From NCBI GenBank assembly GCA_905178155.1, contig CAJINV010000017.1, positions 364,722-428,721 on the forward strand: a stretch of DNA of 64,000 nt, read 5' to 3'. Made by a program: the position numbers and the translations under genes. The notes beneath the pieces were generated by a model. It searched no databases. It saw only the letters and a program-made list of their open reading frames with translations, and had not been told where the DNA came from. Shown piece after piece: positions 50,601 through 61,015 of this stretch; positions within the stretch are counted from its first letter, which is position 1, and every line of letters begins with the position of its first letter. Source of the stretch: Amoebophrya sp. A120. Taxonomy: Eukaryota > Protista > Dinoflagellata.

Positions 50601-51373
50601 ATCACGGGAAAGGAGTAGAAGATGATCATCTACATCTCCTTTACGTGATAATATGCAGCATGCACTCGCACGAGTGTCTTCCATATGAAGAGCCACAGCA
50701 CAGACTTTAGCGTGACGCGAAAAGATGTTTCCATGTTGACACCCCCGCCTCCAGTTACGTGGGACCGTCAGCAAACTATCTAAACAGCCTCGACAGTAAC
50801 AGAGCACCAACAAGTTCTCCACCGGGCGGAGCAGTGAGCTACAACTACACAGCGGGAGCTTCCTCTTCCTCGAGTCGGCTGAACCCGGGCATTTTGGATG
50901 GTATCCTGTGCACAAGTACTACCGCAGTCGTAAGTACTTATTGCAACCGACGTCACAGCCCTGCTTCGTGACCGGAGTCGGCCGCATGTAATCAAACATA
51001 AATTCAGTTTTGTTTTCCGAGGAAATAATTTGCAATGCAGTTACTTACCAACAGCGCGATACTTTTGCAATGCATATGCGGTGGCGGGGGCGGATTCGGT
51101 GCGAGCAGCAGTAGTTCATCGTTCCTGAACATCAACACTTCTTCCAACCTCGCAGGAGGCCCCTCCGGGTCGAGCAGTTCCGCGAACGAAGGGTCGGAAA
51201 GCGACAAGCTCGACCTGGACAAAGCTAACTACGCGGCCGCCGAGGGGGATGGTGCAAAGAAGAAAAAGGCAGCACCCATGAAGCGGAAGAAGGGCGCAGC
51301 TCTAATGGAGGACGACGAGCAGGAACTCTCGAAGAGTACCAAGATGAGCAAAAAAACCGGGTCGAAGGAGTAG
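44653..51373 (+). CDS. TOP2: DNA topoisomerase II (eukaryotic type IIA), multi-exon
   Basis: YQKKTQLEHILLRPDTYVGS, GGRNGYGAKL, TEGDSAK, PLRGK, MTDQDLDGSHIKGL, YYKGLGTS and catalytic SAR|YIFT. GT-AG introns at 45418-45595, 46262-46404, 46808-46922, 47482-47600, 48655-48819 and 49596-49644, plus introners in the C-terminal tail. The intron at about 50343-50754 is uncertain. Confidence 0.97.
48974..49297. mobile_element. Introner in TOP2
   Basis: About 38-bp TIR containing GGAAAAATCCCCCCTCCCCATAT and perfect GGACG TSD. GT(48973)-AG(49298) splicing is in frame and leaves one extra codon. Confidence 0.93.
50005..50131. mobile_element. Introner in TOP2 tail, stop-free and in frame
   Basis: TAT...ATA ends, imperfect TIR (AAAAAAAACCG..CCATC / GATGG..CGGTTATTTTTTT), flanks CCTCA/CTTCA and internal TGCATCACAAA. 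Confidence 0.75.
50902..51076. mobile_element. Degenerate introner family A in TOP2 tail
   Basis: TATCCTGTGCACAAGTAC...GCGATACTTTTGCAATGCATA with flanks GATGG/TGCGG. A 180-nt removal keeps frame. Confidence 0.8.
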
Positions 51374-52697
51374 CGAGAGGCTGGGATTGCTGACAGTGTC
51401 AGCGCAAATTGATTACTTTTACGACTTTTTAACTTCAATTGAATCGTGGTGGTGCTTGTCAGTCATTACACTGTCATGATCTTTTCCTCGCAGCAAATCA
51501 AAGAAAGTAAATATACGACTTTTAGATACAACTGACTTCTTTCTAGAATTAGGCGATGAATATTACAATAAAAGACTATGAATTTCTGCTTCCCTGCTAC
51601 CTCGTTGAGCTTGATGTACCAACCCCACAAGATAAAGCATCATTTTGATGTTTTGTACCGACAAAGTTGTAGTGCACGGTACGCGGAACCCAGTACGCTT
51701 CGCTGCAAAGCAAACGATAAAGAGAAAATTAAAGTTTGAAATCAAGAGTTGCCACGTTATTCGGAAATAATGTGTTGACCTCCAAGCAGAAATTGAGGCT
51801 TTACCAGTTTACAAGAATATTGAGCGGGACTAGATTAAATATACCCAAATACGGAGGTGTCGTGTGACATCTGAGGTTAACAACCAGAAATGAATTAGAA
51901 TCTAAACCCACCTCCCCTGATTAAATTTTGTACCAACGCTAACGATTGAAAAAATGAAAAAACACCAGAATCTTCTATGTTACAATACAACTTATATCCT
52001 CGCAACCGAAAAGTACACGATGGAGGAACTGGGATGAAATCCAGATGAAAGAAAGGCGACAATTTTTTATGAAGCAACACCGTCACCCCTGGGCAAGCAA
52101 ATCTCCGGCAGCATCAGGATTGACATTGAGTCCTTGTTTTCACTACGGCCGTCTCTTGTCTGCCGTCAGTTTGGATTGTTTTGTGCCGTGCTGCACAGTT
52201 TGCCAGCGCTCGACGTGATGCGAGATGAGCGTTGCTTTTTCTCGTAGACACAGTGCGTCGAAAATAATTGTGAGAAGGGTCAACAATTCTGCTCGCGACG
52301 AAAATCGGCAAAATTTTGGCCAGAGAGTGTAAAAGAGACAGCAACTAGTGGGATGGGGAGTGCGTGGTGGCGCATTTCCGTCTGTCGCAACAGAATTGTT
52401 CTTCTTCTTGCATACGCTACGATTCATCTTCTGTCACAACTAACTTTTTAGATCCGTATTGCCGATGATGAATGCCGTACCACACAGCACGACACAGCCA
52501 AAGCAACGCAAAGCATGGCGAGACTGCGGATGAAGAGCAGTGGCGGCAGAGGACAATTCCCTGTAGTTTGCAAGAACGTCTGCAGTTCGTGCAGAAGCCT
52601 GCTCATTCGACTGATAATGTGCTGTCTGCACCGCACAACTCTTCTCGACCTACCTCATCGCGTCGATTGCCGCACGGCACACCTGCGGCATGAAAAA

Positions 52698-53856
52698 ATG
52701 TTGCAGAATACTAGAATAGACCCGACCGGAGAACAAGAGCAGCAAGAGGTCGGGGGCACAGAATTCGCGGATCACGACCTCCAGAGCCACGAACCGATGC
52801 AAAGCCAAAGCGCGATAACACAACAGGACATCATCGCGCCCCGCACTTCCGCTACTATAGCAGCGCATGGCCAGCGTGAAAATAAAACTGAAATACGAGC
52901 TTCTACGTCTTCACCTGCCACGGACGATGACAAGGTGAAACTTCAGGATGATGCTGGAGATGAAAAACTAGGAACGTCTGCCACTACGAAAGAAGCAGAG
53001 CACACCAGGACTCGCGCGAAGGAGCAGTTGATGAACGCCACGTCTTCACAGATTAGTACGGCAGCAGCATCTTCACAACACGGACACACAAATAATCAAA
53101 ACCACTCCACTACGGCAACACGAGCCCAGCCATCACCATATACTTCGTCTTCCCTGCACGAAAATGCCAGAATACGAAAGAGGCACGACTACTACAAAAG
53201 CTACGACAAACGGCACAGTCACCACCCAAACAAGGGAACAAAATTTCATCAGCTACACCCGCTCAACCTTCTTTTCCAGAGAGCAGACAATGCGTCGAAC
53301 AGTAGCAACGGCACTTGTGCCTGCGACGCTAATAGTACAAACGGAAGCAACGGGAGTAATGCCACCGACTGCACCTGCGACGAGCCCGTGGCGGCAACGG
53401 AGGATGAGGCCGCTTCGGTGTCGATTTTTGAGGAAATTGGTGCGTTATGCTTTGCAAAAGTATCGTACTAGTATAAATTGCATCGCAAATTTTGGCAAGA
53501 CGAAAAGTGGAATTTGTAATGCTGTTTTTACCTTAGGAAGGAGATTTGTCTTGCATATTTGCAATTACTTATTACTACGAGTGCGATACTTTTGCACAGG
53601 ATGCGTGTGGCTGTTCGACAACTTCGGGACCTATTGGGTGTACGTGAAGATGATCATTGGTCTCCTCGCTTTGTTGGTGATCGGACATTATTTGTACGAG
53701 AAGTACGAGGAGTTTATGTTGCACCAATCTCTCACGGCAGAGCATGATCAGCGAGAGGAAGCAGACGATAAGTTAGCGAAAAATGATGGGGATGAAATAT
53801 CGCTAGACGACAAATGGATGGAGGACGACCCGGCGGCGGCGGGGCCGGAAGACTGA
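52698..53856 (+). CDS. Single-pass membrane protein of unknown function; two exons, start uncertain
   Basis: ORF 52515 joins the 3' part of ORF 53164 via GT-AG intron 53440-53599 (EEIG|CVWLFDNF). TM segment MIIGLLALLVIGHYLY; N-glycosylation sequons cluster around the CACD/CTCD motif. Confidence 0.65.
53446..53602. mobile_element. Introner family A, inverted orientation, removed with shifted canonical sites
   Basis: TATGCTTTGCAAAAGTATCGTACTAGTA...TACGAGTGCGATACTTTTGCACAGGAT. Donor GTGCGT at 53440 and acceptor CAG at 53599 inside the TIR. Confidence 0.88.
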
Positions 53857-54325
53857 GATTTTGTAGTTTGTTTACAATAGCAGGAGGTGTTGTTTCCGTT
53901 TCGTTCAGCAACAGCATGGACAAAACTCCTTGTACGATGAAGAAGAGCTACTGCACTTTCGCAAGCCGTTGGCTTCATGTCGCTGCAGCAAACTACAACA
54001 TAACAGAGTGTTCACGCGTCTCTTTCGGTCCATATTTAGATCTTTGGAATTTATCGCAGGATCAATATTGTCAAAACAAAACAAAATGTAACTTGTGTGC
54101 AGTGCTGGTTGCTTTCCGAAAGAAAAGTTCTTGTCGTTTCCGTGTACATCTTCTCACTGAACGATCGTCTGTGAACCACTTTTTAATTTTTTCGTGCGAT
54201 TTTTCGATTTCGTTTTGCCTCGTGTTTTCGAGAGCACTTTTTGGTCTCCTTGTTTCGTAGTCCTTTAGGTTTGGACCCCGAAAAAACAGAAATACAAAAT
54301 CTAAATCTACTTCTTTCTCTCCACC

Positions 54326-57300
54326 ATGAGGCAGACGTTGGTCCCGGCGTTTGCCCTCGCCGGGACAGCCCTGGCCATGCCTTCGGGGCCGGTCGCGAAG
54401 GTGACGAAGATGCTGTATGACATGCAGATATGCAACACAATTTTCCCACGTACACGTACAAACTGCATAACAAATTTACAATTTTGCCAACTTAGAGTAT
54501 ATTAGCGCTTGCTGTGCTGAATAGAATTGAAGCGCAGTTTTGTCATGCACAGACCGCATTTGTACGAGTGCGGAAAATTTTCTGTGGATAGCAGGCCGAA
54601 CTGGAAGCAGAGAGCAAAGCAGACGATGCCTCCTACGCGAAAATGCAGTGCTGGTGCAAGAAGACCATCCCGGCCAAAGAGGCCGCCATCCAGGAGGCAC
54701 AGGCGTGCCAAAAGGCGGAAACCGCGAAGATTGAGTCCGCGAAGGGACGAATTGCGGAGGCAGAAACGTCAATAAAGGAGTTAACCGAGCAGATCGATTC
54801 CGAGACAGAAGCCTTGGAAATGATGACCGGACAGAGAATAAAAGACCAAACGGCTTTCGAGAAGGTAAGACGGGTGTCCTTTGTTTATTGGAGCTCCCAT
54901 TTAAAGATGATTCTCATTTTCTTCGCAGGTGAAGAAGAACAGAACACGTGCTGATCACTTTTTTCTAAATTTTTGCGGTGCTGTTCACCGGATTAGGATT
55001 TAGATTCCGAAAAATCGAAAAAAAATTCTAAACCCCACTTACAGAAACAAAAAGAGCTGACCCAGACGGTGTCTGCGCTCGCTCAAGCCGTCGAGGTGCT
55101 GTCCAAGCACAACACCGGGTTTCTGCAGTCGACCCAGGGCAACCACATCTTCAAGAAGGCACAGACCCTGCTGCAGTCGCAGGTGACGAAGCTGGGCTCC
55201 CACATCAACTCCGTGATCAACCCCAGCCAAAGGGAATTGCTGAAGAACTTCCTGCAGCAGCCCACCTTCGGCGCCTACGGCTCGGCGTCCGGACAGGTGT
55301 TCGGCATGCTGCAGTCGATGCACGACGAGTTCACAAAGGATTTAGCCGAGGCCCAGGACGCCGACGCAGCGGACGCGAAGGCGTTTGCGGCGGGCAAGGA
55401 AATTAAGCTGAAGCTGATCGCTGACGCCAAGGCCGCAAAGAAGAAGTCAGAAGCGGCTTTGGCCTCAGCGAAGGAAGAGCTCGGTATTTGTTTTTTGAAT
55501 TTAAATAGCATCCTGCGTGCTGCATTTTATTGCATTTTTTTCATTTTGAGCGAATACACTAGAACACGAATCATCCTAAATTATTCCAAACACAGGCAAC
55601 GCGGAGGCCCAGCTCGCCGCGTGCACGGAGACCCTCGGCGCGGAACAGTCCATGCTCGAGGAGGTTATCGCCGACTGCCAGCAGAACGTCAAGGATTACG
55701 AGACCCGCACGGCCGACCGCGCCACGGAAATGAAGGCGGTGGATATGCAATGCAAAAGCATCGTACTAGTATAAATTTAAATTGCATTACAAATTAGCCC
55801 AGCATTACAAATTAAATTTGTAATAATTAAATTTGTAATGCTGATTCACCTTAAGAAAAATATTTGTAATGCAAGACCTGCATTTATACGAGTGCGATAC
55901 TTTTGCACTGGATAGTGGACACCGCGATCAAATTCCTCGACTCCGACGAGGCCCGCGATCTGTTCCAGGACACGTTTTCCTTCCTGCAAGTGAAAGCCGC
56001 GTCCAAGGAGCAAGTCCAAAACTCCAAAGACATGCTGCTCGCCGCCGCGAAGAAGTACAACGATGTGCGGATCACGATTCTCGCCCAGAAGGTCCGCGCC
56101 GGCGCGTTCGACAAGATCATCGCTGCGATCGACGAGATTGTGAAGGAGTTGAAGCTCACGTTGAAAAACGACCAGGCGCAGTTCGACGGGTGCAACGAGT
56201 TCATCAATGCGAAGACGAAGCTCGTCGAGGAGCTGACCGGGCAGCTGGAAACGCTCGCGGCGGAGGCCGACACGTTGCAGACCGGGATTGACGAATTGAA
56301 GTCAGCGATTGAGGCGTTGGAGAAGGACATCGCGGCCTCGACCCTGACCATGAACCAGGCCGCGGCGGAGCGGAAGGAGGCCAACGCGGCCTTTGCGCTG
56401 GAGCAGAAGAACAACGACGCGGCGCACAAGCTGCTGACTAAGACGAAGGCGGTACAGATGTGATGACTGTGAAGTAAGTACTTAGTTGGAGCCTCATTTG
56501 TTAAACAAAAAGAGCGATATTGCAGTTAGGTGTTTCACTTTCGCTTCCTTCGAAAACTTTAGTGTTGACCCCCTGAGGATTCAGATTCTGGCTTCTTCAA
56601 ATTTCGTTTTCAATAAATTTCTATTAGGTCCTCGCGGAAGCCTTTACGTCCACTACTGGCGCGTACAGCTCCGGTGCGGCCGGCGCTGCGTTCCTGGAGC
56701 AACCCGACCGACCCGATGCGTTTAAGCAGTACGAGGTGAACCAGGGCGGCAACAAGGTGTTGGAAATGATCCAGGGCATTTTGGACGACACGGAGAAGGC
56801 GATGGCCGACGCCTTGAAGCAGGAGAACATGGAGCAAAAGTCCTACGAGGACCTGGTAAAGGACCAGAACACGCTGATCGTCAGTATCAAGTGTAAAAGT
56901 GTCTGGGTCTGGAAGAGTGCGCGACTTTTCATGCAGCTTTTCCATGACCCATGAAGCCCGGAATGCAGGACCTAGCATGACAGATTCTGCGCGATCTCTC
57001 TCATGCCTATCCTGCTTGAGAAACTCCCTCCCGACTTGGTCAAAACTGGACGACTTTTGGTAATCATGCAACACAGATTTGCTCATGCTTCAGATTTAGC
57101 ATGACAGGTTGCATTCTTCCAGACCCAGACACTTTTGCATTTGATAGTCAGCTACCAGAAGCAAATCAGCGAGAAGGAAGGAGAGAAGGCGCAGAAAGAG
57201 GCGGAATTGGCGCAGAACAAGAAGACCACGAAGGCGACCGAAGAGACCAAGAAGGTTGAGTCCGACCTGTTGGCCGGGAAGAAGGAGGAGTGCGCCTTCA

Positions 57301-57391
57301 TTCTGGGCAACATTGGCGTCAGGAAGGTGCACATGAACGGCGAGATCAAGGCTCTGAACGACGCGAAGGCCTACTTGAAAGGCATGGAGTA
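54326..57391 (+). CDS. Secreted coiled-coil protein of the dinoflagellate PVxKVxxML / CWC family (trichocyst-matrix-like); seven exons
   Basis: Signal peptide MRQTLVPAFALAGTALA, then GPVAKVTKMLYDMQ, YAKMQCWC, YGSASGQVFGMLQSM and terminal EIKALNDAKAYLKGME*. GT-AG introns at 54865-55044, 55484-55595 and 56452-56627 plus three introners. The functional label comes from recalled family resemblance only. Confidence 0.75.
54429..54590. mobile_element. Introner related to family A
   Basis: TAT...ATA ends, imperfect TIR with GCATTTGTACGAGTGCG, and flanks GCAGA/GCAGG. A 167-nt removal gives DMQ|AELEAE. Confidence 0.82.
55744..55914. mobile_element. Introner family A, inverted orientation
   Basis: TATGCAATGCAAAAGCATCGTACTAGTATAAAT...ATTTATACGAGTGCGATACTTTTGCACTGGATA with perfect GTGGA TSD. 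Excision restores EMKAVDTAIKFL. Confidence 0.93.
56885..57146. mobile_element. Introner family B
   Basis: 36-bp TIR (33/36) and perfect GTCAG TSD. Frame is kept by precise 267-nt excision or by GT(56884)-AG(57147) splicing. Confidence 0.94.
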
Positions 57392-57630
57392 AGGCGAAAT
57401 CTCTTCGTAGTACGAAAAGCGTTTCGATGAACTCGAATAAGTGGAGCAGGTTAATCTGGGGAAAAAAGGACAGAAACCGACACAAATGGAAAGCGCATTT
57501 TCCACACGGCTGACGTTGAGATGTTAGTAATTACTGGTAGCGCAGAAGCTTCAGTCTCGATTGTAGAATTTATGTTTCCCAACACACCAGCACCAAATGC
57601 GGCTCCGTCTTCACCATAACCCTGTTATTT

Positions 57631-57708
57631 TACTTTCGTTATTGCAAAAGAACTAGATCTTACTTTCGTTATTGCAACACAAACCTTTTATCTTACTTTC
57701 GTTATTGC
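57631..57708. repeat. Three spaced copies of a 15-bp motif
   Basis: TACTTTCGTTATTGC at 57631, 57661 and 57694. Confidence 0.85.
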
Positions 57709-58542
57709 GCAAAACTTATGTTTTAAATTCGTTTCATTCGTTTGTTAGTTCTATCATTACACCGGGGCCGGGGCCGCTGATTTTTTCCGGTTTCATCAAA
57801 AACACAAAACGATTCTAAAGATGATGTCTGCAATCGAATTATGGCAAGTTTCGAGCCACCAGATTTTTCGCTAGCTGTGTGAAAATGTACAACCCTGCTA
57901 TTCTAGAAACATGCCAGCGACGAAAAAGCGTGCTTGAGCTGCTTGCAAAACGGAGCCGCTGTAACGGCGGCGACAGAATCCTCGCGTTTTCGATTTTATC
58001 TGAAATGCCGACATAGTCAGCGTAAAGATTTCGGGTGTCGCCAGACGGTGCAACGTGTCAGTTAATATCGTTTGTGCAGATTCGCTCGTTGTCGTTGGTC
58101 GGAATGAATTTTGGAAGTCTAGTGCTCGGACAGCAGGATAGTGTTGATCATCTTCGTGGCGGACAGTCGCAGTTTTTGCGATATGGTCGTAATTTGGAAA
58201 ACATGCAAGGAGATTAACATCCCGCTTTGGACTTGGTCGTGATCGTGGGTGGACATGGAGATCGCACTGTCGTCTGTAGTCACCAGTCATCGTTGTCACA
58301 TAAAAAACAGCTTTAGGATCTTTTTTGAAGTGGCGCATCCTGCTCAATGTCGCTTTGTGTGGCCGCTTTCTTCTTGCGGAACAAGTAAGTATGTATCCAT
58401 GGAAGAATGACTGTTCGTCTCGACTTTGGCAAAGCATTGGTTTCAATTGAAGTCGGATTTGATTCATAATATTTCGCTCGCTACGTCGTTGTACCTGTGT
58501 GTTTCTTGTTGATCGAAAAACAGCAAGCTCGACGACAAAACA

Positions 58543-60158
58543 ATGGCTCCCATACCGGAATCGCGAATGTTTCGTGGCGTCGACGGCAACACGTATCGCG
58601 TGAAAAAAGCCGCCGAATTCCGCGACTGCACTCTGCTAACGGGTGAGCAGATTGCGTCCTTACAGGAGGAAAAGAAGTGTTTTTTGACTTGCCTGGACTA
58701 CCTGCAATTTGGCGGATCCGCTAACGACGAAGACGAAATGAAGCTGATGTGTCGCACCGCACTCCACGCAAACATGCGGAAAACGGTATTAATGTCTTAG
58801 GCTGGCTGGCGCACTTCCACTTTCGTGTTGGAATGTTCATCTCTTTCGTATGACCTTTTTCGCACATGTTGAATCGTATCAAAACCCTAATCCTGCGTCT
58901 GTAATATAATCAGCTCCACGACCAAGTTCTTCCCGCCTACGAATCTACGATGCGTCGTCATCAGTTAAAATACCAGATTTTCTACCCGGGTTTGATCCTT
59001 CTCTCTTCCTTCGTCCTCGTGATGCGGTTCTACTCCTCTTTGCTCGCCATCGGAGGGTGCGCCAACAAGCGGTACGGGATTCTGGACTGCGCGGACAACC
59101 GAGTGCGACACAAGCACCATTTCGATGTGTTAGACGGGGTTTTCGTCACGGTCATTGTGCTTGCGGTTCTACTCTCGGTGAAGAACGCCTACGTAGACTT
59201 CAAAATCTTCCGGCCCCCCTCCGCAGCCCGGCGGGGGATCTCGAGCGTGCCGGAAGCGCTCGACCACTACGTGAAAAAGCTGGACTGGTTCGCGCGCGGA
59301 AACACCGGGAAGTTCTTCAGCACGCGGGCAAATTACACACGGGGACTGGAAGACGAGGAGGGAATGATCACTTCCGCAGCCGCGTTGCGGCGGCGCATGG
59401 TCGCGGAGCAGCAAAATCGGCGAGACGCGGATGGCTTTGGTATGCAACCCGAAATCATCCCGTACGAGACTACCCAGTTCACGCGGCAAGCGTTGCTGTA
59501 TTTGGTGAGATCGGACATCATCGCAGAAGACAATAATACTTTCGGTGGCGCGTTCGCAAATTACAACGCAGGTGGTAATTCTGCAGCGCTCGCATTTGAC
59601 GTCAAAGCAGGAACAAGGAAACCAGGCCAGGACCAGCAGGCTATCTTCGCAGAAAATTTCCATCCGGGACAAGATCTCCCTGCTGGTGTGGGTGCTAAGG
59701 AGGTCGTGGCAGAAGCAGGAGCAGCTGGTTCATCCAACGTTTCTGAGCAGCAAAACGGGAAAAGTGCTGCACGACCAGTTTTTTCCTTCGCTGGGACAAG
59801 AGGAAGCGCTGCGGAGAAGGCGGCCTCATCTTCGCATGATCCCGAAAAAAATGCAGTCACCTCTGAAGATCAAGACGCCGCGATGTTTCTGGAGATGAAT
59901 GAAGCGGATCTCACGAATGCGCAACAACTGTTAGGTGCGAATGCCTTCGAAATCATGGAAAGCAGTGCAGTTTCCCCCCTTACAGCCGGAGCGAATGGCG
60001 CGCCGCTGCCGAAGGACAAAAAATCCCCTAATAAATCTGCCAGCAAGGGGGTGAAGAAGCGAGTTGGTGCGACGAGAGGGGGTGCGGCCGCGGAGACTGC
60101 GACCGCCCCTGCAGGCGGCGGGTATGGTGACGATATTGCCCCTCCAAGGCTTCAGTGA
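58543..60158 (+). CDS. Two-TM membrane protein of unknown function; two exons
   Basis: GT-AG intron 58786-58913 joins ORFs 58543 and 58950 in frame. Hydrophobic segments IFYPGLILLSSFVLVM and GVFVTVIVLAVLLSV. Confidence 0.75.
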
Positions 60159-61015
60159 GCTACGTTGTTTGTTGAAAAACAGTCTGTAGGAAGATACGCG
60201 CACGGTCGTGTTGATGTCAACGCTTTGACGTGTGATGTGTGTCAAGTTTCCTAACCGGCACTGTTTCTATCGATGTCGTGCTTCGATGGGCTTTTGCTCG
60301 CGAGCATTCTAAATTTACAGTCGTTGTTGTTCCTGTCTTTCACTTTTGAATCCATTCTATTCATGTTCGTCGTCGAAGTAGGTTCGTGCAGATGATGCCA
60401 ACCGCACTTCTGCTCATCCTGGTCGTCGTAAGTAATCGTCCAAAAGCTGGCTCTGGTAGTCACTTTTTCTCTTCCCGTTCTCATCTGACTCGTGCTAGCA
60501 GTCGTTCAGTTTCTTCTACTTCTTGTCGCTGGCATGATGTTCGTTCACATTCATCATGCGTCGTCTTCCCGTCAGTCTCGCCCTCGTCGTGGTGTGCTTC
60601 AGTTTTTCATATTCCCTAACAGCTCTCTTGTCACAGAAACAAAGCAGAGCACCATGTTGCGAACTTCAATGATTTTACCCGTTCCCGTATGCATCACGTC
60701 TTCGATGGTGCATTGAATCACCCCAGATGAAAGGTGGAAACTCATATGTTGCCCTACGATAGTATGCACAGTGAGTAGAGATAGATGTGTTGTGATTGTC
60801 GTGGTCAATAATAATTCTGATTCTTTTCCTCCGAAAAAAACCGAAAGCGCGTCCACCACTTCGACTCCAAATGAGGCCGCGTGATTTCACCCATGTCATG
60901 AAACAACGCCACCGGGAGGCGCTCCTTCCAGTGCCATTCGTGCTGCTACGCTTATGCTAGGTACCTACGCAGAAGATGAAGTTCTCAAGGAGCTGAAGTT
61001 TTCTCGTTGCCGAGG

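Noticed and set aside
4059-57151. Self-splicing group I/II introns, or an autonomous transposon
   Set aside because: The elements are too short, show no group II domain V or GUGYG..AY ends, and encode no ORF; no transposase or reverse transcriptase is visible in the window.
57631-57708. CRISPR-like repeat-spacer pattern
   Set aside because: Only three 15-bp repeats with short spacers, no cas genes, and a eukaryotic context.
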